Shown piece after piece: positions 26,772 through 38,400 of a stretch of DNA of 64,000 nt. Where the stretch lies: assembly GCA_020137815.1 (NCBI GenBank), contig CM035360.1:558001-622000 (forward strand). The letters run 5' to 3'. Numbering within the stretch: the stretch's first letter is position 1; each line of letters starts with the position of its first letter. The notes under the pieces were generated by a model. That model did not search any database. It had not been told where the DNA came from and saw only the letters and a program-made list of their open reading frames with translations. The position numbers and the translations under genes were made by a program. This DNA comes from Hormiphora californensis (lineage: Eukaryota > Animalia > Ctenophora).

Positions 26772-27080
26772 TCATCCGACCGTCAGTATCTTGAAACTGA
26801 AATCACATCGCCTAAAACATATAGAGATGGGGGAATGAAACAGAAATATGGGGGAGTAGGGGGAGGGGAGGTGGTTCGAAGATTAGGGGTGGAATCAGTA
26901 AAGGGAAATAAAACAAGCAGATGCGAAACAAAATAAAAATTTAGTATAAATTCCAACATAACTTATCAAATTCAATTGTGAATTGCATCCACTAATTAAT
27001 TCACTGTGAATTATTATCGCCGAACATATTTTACACAAATAATAACACACTGAAACAACTAAAAACTAATTAGATCCTCA

Positions 27081-30000
27081 TCAACTCGACTTCCTTTTAG
27101 AGAGTGTAATGAGCATCATGGTCCTGGTCTGATATCCAAACACCCTCACCTCACCCCACCATCCCCTCTCAACCTTCACAACACGCCATCTGATCCTGCC
27201 ACCTGAATCAGTGTCCCTGCCATCTGACCTCCCCCTCGTAACAACTCCTCCATTCAACCACTGTTCTGTACTATACATTTTAAACACATCGTTGTTGCTG
27301 TCCTTTAGTGGGGTGTTATCCTCTGTTCTCACTTTGATACGAAACCCATCATCACGAGTTGAGAATGATACAGCTGGATTGTGGTTGCTATAGTAACTAG
27401 AATGATGTTTGTTTCCATGGTAATGGCGTTGGTTGTTATGGTAACTAGATTGGCTTACTTCCAGAAGTACCGATGGGGGAGAGAAAAGCACTAGAGGAGA
27501 GCAGGTTAGGATGAAGAATGCGGTGTGACGGGTTGTTATGGTAACACGACGGTAATAAATTGCTGGTTTTGGGGCGGCTGTCAGGGATGAACTAGCACCA
27601 AGTTTGGAGCCACTGATAAAAGATGAAGCTGAACCCGCAGTTCCAACGACTGAACTGCCACCCTTGGCTTTTCCTGAACCCTTTCCTTTGCCGGACCCCT
27701 TGTCCTTTCTCGAACCTTTGCCTTTGCCTGACCCTTTTCCTTTTCCGGCCCCTTTTCCTTTTCCAGTCCCCTGTCCTGCAGATTTGACCGTAGCACCTTT
27801 ACCAGATCCCTTTACCAGTCCACACAATTTCCTCTCTCTGTTACCCATAACCCCATCCATCCCCTTCCATCCCTGATCCCTGTTCACTCTGCACCTCATC
27901 CTCCACACCACTGGACCACTACTGACCTGCCAATACACCACACTTATCATCCCTCCAGGTCTCTCTGTCCCTCCTGATTGGGTGTAGGTGAAACTGGGCT
28001 TCCTTCCTGACCCACCTGCACGTGCAACTTGTTGTGAAATGGTCCTGAACTGGAACCTGCCTAGAACCACCCTGACTTTAGCACTCTGGAACCTGGTTTT
28101 AGATCTTGTTACCAGGATATTAGCAGTGGATCTCAACAACACCATGGCTCGTACAGTGTGGGTCTTGGGGACTTGACTCCCACCTGACATGACGGGTAGG
28201 ACCCATTCCTTGTGATCCACAGAGGTAGGGACTGTTTCTGGTGCCATGCCAATGACAAAAGTCAGGGATTTGGAATGGAAATCAGAGGTATGGGAGAGAA
28301 TGGTAGTCATTCGTGGTGCTCTAGATTTCCCCACTATTGGAGTTGCCTGGGTCGCCTTGGCAACAGATACAGATGCCTTGATTGGCCTTGTTTTGTGCTC
28401 AACTGGAACTCTGATTGGATGGAACCTCACACTGGCACTGGTCACATCATGCACCACAATCACCCCCACCTTCTTACCCTGTTCAGTCTCTATTTTACTC
28501 TCCATTGCACCCTTCACCAACTTCACCACCCCAACTTTACCACCCATGTACTGGACATGGTAGACCCTCACGGTGGGGTGTTTCCTGTGGAACCTGCCCG
28601 AACCTGCCACCCTACCCCAAACCAGGGTCATCTTCAACCTCCTGCCGTGAAGGGCTCGTAGTTGATCAATGGGGGTGGCTTTGAGTATTCTCTTTCTGGT
28701 AGAGGTTGAAGGGGTCAGGAGGAGGGATGGTGTGAGCAACCAGTTATTAGCAACTCTACTTGATCTTCTTTTCACCTTGTGACCCTTACTGGTCTCGTGT
28801 TTTAGCGTTAACCGGTATAAAAACCAGGGTTTGTTGAGGGAGTTGGCAGGTTGGATGACAATCAACCGAGATACCGAGATAACGAATTTAGGGTAGTGTT
28901 GGTAGGTGTTGGTTGTTTCCAAAACCATGACAGCCCGAGAGAGTGGTCCAACTTTGGAGGTCGTCGGGGTTGGACGTCCGAGGGCCGTTCCTGTTTTAGC
29001 CTGAATAACTTTGCGGACTGGGCCAATACGGTGAAAGTATTCAGTGATTGTTTCCTGAATACTCTTATGAGCTGTTATTAGTTCAATTTCCTTTCCTGGT
29101 TCCGTCTCTGATTCTGACTCTATAGTTCGTGTCCTAACCACCAGTATCTTGTGTCCCACCTTATCCACGTGTGTAGAATATTGTCTTGAGAAGAGATGTC
29201 TCCTAATCATAATCCCCTCTCCCATAATCTCACTCCTCAACACCATGGATTTCTGAAGAAATCTCTCTGTTTTAGTGATTCTATCCCGGTGAACAGGTCT
29301 CACCACCCTCCCCTCCACTGACGTGCTGTGTCTCTGTCTAGCTAGGATTCCAATACTCCAATGACTCTGTTCCATACTTCTAAACACCCTGTATTTGTGT
29401 CCCGCGGTGCGTTTGTCTTTAAACTTGAACTGGACCTCTGTAAGGGAGTGTTCCTCGGTTGTTGCCAGGTAACTATGGTAACGCGCCACTGCAAAATGGT
29501 ACTTTTTGTGGTGAAAAACATTGTTAACACCACCCTCAACAACCCTGATAGGTCCAATAAGGTTCCCAGTTGATGGTGCCACCACTGCGGTGACAACTCT
29601 CTTGAGCTTGACAGAAAGGAGGAGAACCTGTCTCTTGTAACGCCTCCAGAATTCCGCACTGGATGATGACGTCACTGATCGTTTGTGAGACAATGTTACC
29701 AGGTGTTTCGGTTCTTTTTCTGAGGATAACTCAAATGTTGCCTATGGTAACTTTGACTTTCTTCTCTCGAGTCTGGGTTAGTTTTGAGACCTGTTTCCTT
29801 GTGGTTCAGATAACACGAACAACTGAGTACCTAGACCCGATATGAGACCCGGTTAGTAGTCTTGGTTTGGAGTGGGTTATCCATGGTAACAGGTCGCTCC
29901 TTTCTCCTCCACATCTCCATCCCCTGCTTCATCTTCACTCCGACAGACACTGTCCTGTGGGCCTAGTACAGCTGGTTGACCAGTAACAACCACACTCTGA

Positions 30001-33000
30001 TTTACTGTATGTTTGTGTTCAGGTATTCACCCTTGTGAGCTTTACCTGGTCCCATACCACAAGAGTCCTCTCCCCAACTCCATTCACTTCACCCCGTTGC
30101 CTGGCAACTGTGAATACAAAACTCTTGTACCGCCGGTAGAGATTACTGGAAAAGAGAGTAGTACTCACCGCCACCCTGCTACCAACCTTCAGCCACACTG
30201 GAGTAGCCTTGCCGTGGTGTTTTGAAGTGGTTGCTAGGATACGGGAATCCGTTGTCCTGGTGACACTGTCAACATTAGAGGATAGAGTCATCTCCCGGAT
30301 ATGATCCAGGGTCACCATGTGATGGACCTCTATCTCATGAGATGAGTCCACTCTTTTTGTGAGTACTTTAGACACCATCCCCGACTTGGCAACATCCCCA
30401 ACCTTTGCAGTTGAGGTTTGGAATCTCAGTTGGTTACCATGGTGCTCAAATGCATTAAATGCTAGGTAAAATGCAGCTGTTCTGTATCTTTTCATTACAG
30501 TGATCTGGTGGTGTACTCGGGCAGTCAGCCTCCCTGTCTTGTGCAGTGCTAGATATGTTACCCTCTTTCTAGTGTTACCCCACCAAACATTGGAATTTAG
30601 TGCCAGGAACACTTTGAGAACATGTTCATTCTGTATCCTGTACCCAGTAGTAACGTGACCCAGTGTACCCTCCCCTAACTCACTGTTAGAGTGCTGGAAG
30701 GAGTTTAGCAAGCAGGCATGTCCTGTTTTGTGTCTAACCACATACAGTTCAGATATTTGGTGGTTTACCACCTTCAACCCTCCAATATAACCACTCTTCA
30801 GCCCTGACACAGAGGACAGGGACCTGGAAATAACGCCACTGGAAACAGTTCTTGTTGAGCTAATGATACCAGTTCGTTGGACCGTGTTTTGTAGACTCTG
30901 GATAGATCGGGTAACATCAAATGTGACAAGATGCTCTCTCTCAGTCTCATGTTTGGTTTTAAGAAGTGACACAGACAGTTCAGTTACCCTCCAACTATTT
31001 CTCTGCACCCTTCTCCTCACTTCTTCAGTGACCATGACCCTGTGTTGTATCCCTGCAGTATCTGATGTATAGGGGATGACGTGGATTCGGAGGATCACAA
31101 CACGGAGAACTCTGAGTTGTGTTGCCCTGTGAGCGGTTACTGTTGCCATGGTACCCTTATCTAAATACATATCTTCTGATGAGGTGTGGTCAACTAACAC
31201 GATACCTCTCCTGGTGCCTGTATAGGACAATACATGACGACCTACCAATCTTGATCTAGTCTGGAACTCAATACTGACACTTTCTATCAACTCGTAGGAA
31301 GTGACTTGGAAGTAGTTCCGGAGATCAAACCCGAATGTCAGGCCGTAAGCTCTCATGAGAAACCCATCTATGTGTAGGGAGATAAGGAGCATTGATGAGG
31401 AGTTGGCTGGCGTGCTTTGAATAACAAACATTGATCTCCTGTATCGGGAAGTAGAGAGAGAGTTCTGTAGAGTTTTAGTGATCTTGATCCCCCTCCCAGA
31501 TTCCTTGTATACTGCTTTGTAGGTGTATCTAGTGGTGTAGTAACTAAAAACATGAGCTCGAACCACCTCAGTCTTACTGCCCAGGAGGACATTACTCAGT
31601 TGAGATATCTCCACCACTCCTCTCCTACTCACTGTTCCGGGTCTCAGGAATATGATCTTGAGACCACCCTGAAACCCGTCCTGGACAGTAGGGTCTGTTG
31701 CCATGGTTACCATAGCCCCACTCACACTCCCATGTGGATCAAGTACCCACTGCTTCCGTACCGTGCTGATTTCCATTTTGAGACGTTCATGTTCCCGGTA
31801 TATCCTCCCCACTCCCACCACCCTAACACCCCTCCCACTCCCACCCTGGGTGTGGATGATCCTGTGGGCGGGGAGGGTGGAAGTGGACAGTCGGAGGATA
31901 GTTGGGATATGGGTGGTGGACTCCATGGACCCTAACTGTTTCTTGTGGCTCAACACCACACCCCACCTAAACACTCCAATCACAATAATGGCACTGTCTG
32001 AGAGGGTTGAGACTGAGAATGAGCTGGTTTCTATTAGCAGGACTTCTGAGATATCATACTGGGAGTGAGGTCTCAATACACCCCGTGGACCCCATTTGAT
32101 GATGGATTGGAGGAGAGTGATATAGCCTTGTCTGACAGTTCTCCTACTCCCCACCCCTCCCCAGAGAATGATAGAGTGGGTTGAGATGACACTGCCTGTT
32201 CTTGTTATGGAGTGTCCAGGATTAAAATGAGCCCTAACATTACTGTAAGGTGAACAAATACAGAACTGAACAGGTGACCCCGCTCTAAGGAGACGGTACG
32301 CAGGATCCATTCTCTCTGGATAGGAGAATGTGCTGCTGAGGAGGGTGTGACGGTATATGAACCGATTGTAAAAGTTGTAAAATGAGAACAGGTTCATCGT
32401 TGAGAACGAGCTGAAGTTCCATATCACAAAATAATTGAAGGGTTGAAGGGACCAGAAATAGGGACCAGTAAACCCGTGAATACATAGTCTCCTATAGGAT
32501 GATGTAGTATCTCGCTTCCTCAACCTCTCATTACCACCCTCCTCCCCTGGGCAGAAGTAGGTTGGAGTGTTAACCTGACCTCTCCAGCAGTCCCTGCAGA
32601 TCTGACAGGGTTGCTGTCTAATAACCTGGTTGTTGGTGTTGGTAGAGAGGGGTTTGGAGGACCAAGGTGATGTGGAAGTTGGTGATTCTCCTCCTCCAGC
32701 CACCTCCCCGCACCGCTCACCCCTCAAGCCCCGGGAGTAGGGAGATGTGATCTGTAGGGAGCTGAGGGAAGAGTGGACTTGGTAGATTAGTGTCCCACTG
32801 GACATGCTAACCTCCCACCTTCCCTTAACCAGAGATACCATGTTTGGTAATGGTGGAGGGGGTTCTTTGAACATCATCACTGTAGCAGCAAGATCTCTTA
32901 TCGGCCTCTTCTGTCGAGATGAGAGGTGCTGGAGACGGTTGTATTTGGAACTGGTTGTCATGACAACTAGAATTGTGATGACGTGATGATTCATCTCCAC

Positions 33001-34784
33001 CATTGGAGTTGTGTCGCTGAGCTGGACAGGGGACTCGACTGGGGTCAACTGAGTTCCTGTCCAGTGTACCCGATGTTGGGATAGGGAGAACCCTGTTAAC
33101 CACTTCACGTAGAAGGGGTGGACAGATGTGGTGTAATAGGGGTAGTGCGGGTCTGCAGTTGCCTTGGTAACCAAGAACGGGGTCCTGGGAACAGGGAGGT
33201 AAATGAATAGAATCATGTAACAGCTTCATGAAAGATGCTTATAGGAAAGATGCTTGTTTAATAGTAACTAGAAAAGATGATAAATTTCAAAATATGCTTT
33301 TTTTAGAACAGCTGATATCACCCAGCCCTACTCCCCTTCTACCCCAGTAGTATTATACCGTGTTTCTTGTAGAGTGGTGTAGGTAAACTGAACTGTAGGA
33401 GGTGGGTATCCTCCCCTGCCCCACTCCTCCCAGGGGTGATGCACAGAGGTCCTAACATCTTTTACCACCCGGTCCCTGGTATACCCATGGACCCGCTGAA
33501 CCCGAGGCTGAAACTCTCCCATATCCGATACATCAACCACCCTTACTCCTTCATAAACCAACCTAGTATCCGCACCATAGACCACAGCTGGTCTCCTTTG
33601 AGAAGGGGGATCAGGGTATTGGTAATCCTTCTCAACAGTGTAGTCGTATCTTCCAGCACCAACGTGAATCTCATGATCTTGAGTAACCTTAATAACAGTG
33701 TCCCTTCTGTCCGAGAGGGGTGTCCTTGAGTGTGATCCATCACGTGACCAGGGTGTGTCATGGTAACCATGGTAACCGCGGCGAGGGTAATGGTAACCAT
33801 GGTAACCGCGTGGAGGATACTGGTTGGGAGGGTAACGGGAATTATAACCAAAGTGTCTTGTGTTAACAGTTCGATGGTGTTGGTGATGATGGTAACCAGG
33901 TGGTCCATGATGGTAACCACGGTAACCAGGTGGTCCATGATGGTAACCATGGTAACCAGGTGGTCCTTGATGGTAACCGGTTATGTGTACTACACTTCTC
34001 GGTCTCCCACGATACCCCCTCCGATAACCAGGATGAGGCCGATGAAAAAATGGATAATCCCTTCTCCAGTCTTGATGGTAACCATGGTAACTAGGATGGT
34101 AACCATGGTAACTAGGAGGGCTGTTACCACGATAACCAGGGTAGCGTGGTGGTTGATTTTGATAAGGCGCTGATTGTTCACCCGGAAACTCTCCATCATA
34201 CTGATTTGGACCAAATACATTCTCCCCTGGTGGTGGCCCCCTCCCCTGATCGTCCCATTCTGGATGTAGATTGGATGGTTGGTTACCATCGTTACCTCCA
34301 GTGTTGATGTGATGACCAGTGTTAAAGATCTCCCCTAGCAACGTGGGACTCCCTGCAAACCTGATCTTGACCTCATCATTATCACCCTGCCCACGTCGCT
34401 CCTGGAGGAAGGACAGAATTCAGAATAGGAATTATTAGGTCTGGGATATCAGAATACTACGTATATTGAAATATTGTGGGGAAGAGCTAAATAAAGAGCA
34501 GAATCTGTATAACTATAATTTGATTAATCGATCAACTAATTAATTAATGTACCTTTTCATTGTCTTCTGATGACTCAGATGGAACAAAGCTACCTGCTAC
34601 TACGACACATCTGAAATGTAAAGTCTTGTTATGAAATACAGGTTTCAGAACCTCTGAACCTCTTTCTCCCCTACCCTGCCCCTCTCATAGTTCTCTAGTC
34701 CCCTCCCCCGCAAGAGCATCTTTCTCCCTCCCTCCCCTTCCCTCTCTCCATTATTGTAACTTACACTAAAAACCAGTTGAACAT
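27081..34784 (-). CDS. Giant secreted basic beta-rich protein, paralog B (~2,400 aa)
   Basis: Exons 34784-34765 (MFNWFLV), 34610-34553, 34401-33359 and 33184-27081. The last exon covers ORFs 30019-33216 and 27081-29693, with frameshifts at ~29700-30020. The gap still encodes segments alignable to paralog C (ATFELSSEKEPKHLVTLSHKRSVT vs TQLELASEREARHHIELSHSKGVT). Has a GYHGYH-rich N-terminus, Cys core and GK/GS linker. Confidence 0.8.
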
Positions 34785-35414
34785 TCATTCGTTGTCTTGC
34801 CGCCGCTTGTTGAGTAACAAGCCGCTGCGTTACCAACATGTAACCATGGGAACAATTCGTGATTTACATAACTAGAGATAGATAGAGAGGGTGGGAATTA
34901 GGGGGGATTCATCTGGGGGTAGCGGGTTCAGGATTTGGGGCTTCCTGGAAAAAGGGCGTAACCTAGTTATTATACCGCGGAAATGAAAACACACACATTG
35001 CTGTAGCTAAAATAAAAGTGAAATAATAACTCTCACATAACTTACAGATTACTATTTACAATAATAAGGATTGTTTTTTAAACGACCTGGGTACTAAATC
35101 CAGCTCGCGGGAATGACCAGAAGACCAAGAAAACATGAGTTTTAGTTGCTTTTAGGAAATCTATCAAATACTCTGGCCATCCCAAAAATTCTAAATGTAA
35201 AGTTTGTCAACTGTAACTTGCTTCACACCGATTTAAGAAAATAGACAAAGTGCGTCTGGTCAACAGTAACAGTGCTAAGTGCTAACAATATGTTTACGTC
35301 ATAATTGAAATACCAAACCTTGATCCCATCCAATATAATATAACTCAGTTCATTTCTAATTCATGATCCCAGCGGATATTACCGAAAATAAGCTGCCAGC
35401 AGCCCTGAATAGTA

Positions 35415-38400
35415 TCACTCTGTCCTTGACCTTGTAACTCTCTGAATCATGACCATAGTTCTAGTATTAACTGCAAACACTCTCTCCCCTCCTAACCCCA
35501 CTGTCCTCCCCTCTTTCTCCACCTCCCACTTCACTCCCCTCTCACTCCGGTTATAATACCGCTCAGTGGAGAGGGAGTTGAGAGGACCTGTGTGTCCTTC
35601 TGAGGATGGCGTATTGTCCATGGTGTACACGATCAGTTTGAAGCCCAGGTCTACCATTGTGAATGAGGTAGGGATGTGAGACACCCTGGTTGCCATGGTT
35701 ACTGAATGCTGGTATGGGGAGCTAAAGTGGTTGAGTCGCGAGCAGGTTGCTATGTAGAAAGCTGTGTGAATCGTTGTAACGGAAACGTGTCGTTTTGTTA
35801 TCGCTGGTTTGATAGACAGTGAAACTGATGAACCAGACAAGCTACCACCACCACTTCCACCACCACTTCCACCTCCACCGCCAGTCCCACTACCACTACC
35901 ACTTCCACCATTCTCAGAGTATTTCTTCAGTAACTTCTCGCACCGTTTCTTTTCTCCCTCTCCCATCTTCAGTCCCTTCCAAATACCCTCCTTCTCCATT
36001 CTACACCTTGTCAACGCTAGGTGGAAGTAGGAAGACACTGAAGCGAAGGGCAGCCCTGCCATACCTCGTGGTGGTATTGAGTTGCTGGAGAGTGCAAATG
36101 AGAAGTTGGGAGTTCCTCCCTTACCGCCTTGGACCCTAACCACTTGTTTAGCCACTGCACTGAACTGCAATCTACCCAATCTGACCATAAGTAGACCTCG
36201 TCTGAACCTTGTGCTATCTCGAGTTACCAGGATATTCGGTGTGGATCTTAGCACGCCTAGAGGTTGGAGTTTATGGGCTGGGTGAACCTTGGAAGCGTCG
36301 GATAACTTTACAGGTGCCATGGCAACGAGTTTAGAGTCTCCAGGTGCTGTTTCCGGGTAGCGGATGGCATGATTCTGGGATTTTGGATGGTCAAACATTA
36401 GTTTCCATTTTATTGTTTTCATCTCAGGAGCGGGTGATTTAGACACTTCAGATGTGATGGGCGTCAGTTTAACCGTTGAAGCAGAGACACTGGTTCTGAT
36501 TTTATTATGGTCCACCGGATATGTTGATCCATAATGTGTTAGTACTGATTCACCAACACTGTGCTCCTTTATAAAACTAACCGTCTTCCTCGGTGATACA
36601 GCCACAGAAGAGTCCAGAACGTGTTGTCTGGTGCTAATAGACTTCCCTTCCACAGTCCTTAAGATTGGAGGTTTAACACTGTGAGCTAAAAACTTCCTAT
36701 GAATAGAACTAGAACCTTTAACTACCCCTTTTGCGTACCCACTGCTTAGTCTTTTAGCGGCCACTCCCTGCGGGGTATCCACCGTTGTCATGACAACAAT
36801 GATTCTCCTTGATGGGGTGATGATGTGTCGTGTAGATCTGTTAGGAATGTAATACCAACTATTCTCTTCCCTCCTGATTGATGATTTAGTGGTGTGTCCT
36901 GGGCTTGTCGAGTGACTCAATAATAGTCGGTAGAGGAACCACGGTTTATTTTCTGAGTCTCCTTGCTGGATCGCTGTTAGTCGAGATACCGAGATAACAA
37001 ATTTAGGGTAGTGCTGGTAGGTGTCGGTTGTTTCCAAAACCATGACAGCCCGAGAGAGTGGTCCAACTTTGGAGGTCGTCGGGGTTGGACGTCCGAGAGC
37101 CGTTCCCGTTTTAGCCTGAATAACTTTGCGGACTGGGCCAATACGGTGAAAGTATTCAGTGGTCGATTCCTGGATACTCCTATACTCAGATATGATTCTA
37201 ATAGTTTTCCCAGGCTCACTCTCAGACTCCGATTTAATAGTTCTTGGTTTCACTGTAACGGGTTTGTGGTAGACCCTGTCTAGACGAGTTGAGTAACTCC
37301 AACTAGTTAGGTCCTTTCTGAACTCAACACTTTGACCCTTCACCCCAGTCCCCACACTCATAGACTTCTGCCTATATCCCTTGCTCTCCGACACACTCCT
37401 TTTGAAGACTGGTTTAACAGCCCTACCCCGCACACTCGAGAGGTAACTCTGTTGTGATTGGAGGGTCACACTCCAGTGACTTTGTGACATGGCATGAGCC
37501 TGTCTAACAGTATGTCCTGGGGAGGTGGTATGATGGAATTTGAATTGAACCTCAGTTAACCCCTGGTCCACCTCTGAATCGAGATAATTGTGTAACCTCG
37601 CAACCGCAAAATGGTACTTTACATGTCGCTCAGTGGATACTCCCTCTCTCAACCCCATCACAGGTCGCCCTTTAGATGAGGTAGAAGGGGCTGGAACAGC
37701 AGTTACCTTGGAGTGGTGTGTAGAGGATAACAGACGAGAGCGGGTGAAGTGGTATCTCCGGTAGTGTATCGTGGTTACCATGGTAACACCCTTAGAATGA
37801 CTCAGTTCAATATGATGCCTTGCCTCCCGCTCCGAGGCTAACTCCAGTTGAGTTGTTGTGATCTTCACCACCTTCCCCTTGGTCCCCAAACCCACATTGT
37901 ACAATGTGGCATGCCCATAATGGGCTGTTATGGACGTGAACTGTTTTGAGACCTTGGTATCCACGTGGAAGGGTGCACTTGTTAGGTGGGTTTTAACGAA
38001 ATGATACGATTTGTGGGCCACGTGTTTCTGAGATGTTGTGGGACTCTGCCTACCCGATACTTCAGTTACCCCCAACTTAGAGGGTTTACCAGTGACAAAA
38101 TGAATCTTAGTGAAGGAGTGTTTGAGCTGCTGTTTAGATTTAGTATGAACTTGTATCCACACTTTTTCCTCCACCTCTCCCTTCTCACTCCCCACCCTTC
38201 CTCTCCTTCCTATGGCGCTCAGAACGGCTGTTTTGTATCGTCTGTACAGGTTACCAGAACTCAACACAGGCATTATAAAGAGGGTGGATTTGGTAGCTGG
38301 AAAGGTTGGTGTTGCTCTACCAGAGTGGACTGACATTGAGGTTTGGGGGACCCTATCAAACCATGTCACCCTCCTCTGGTGATCACGTGTAGTTTGTATA

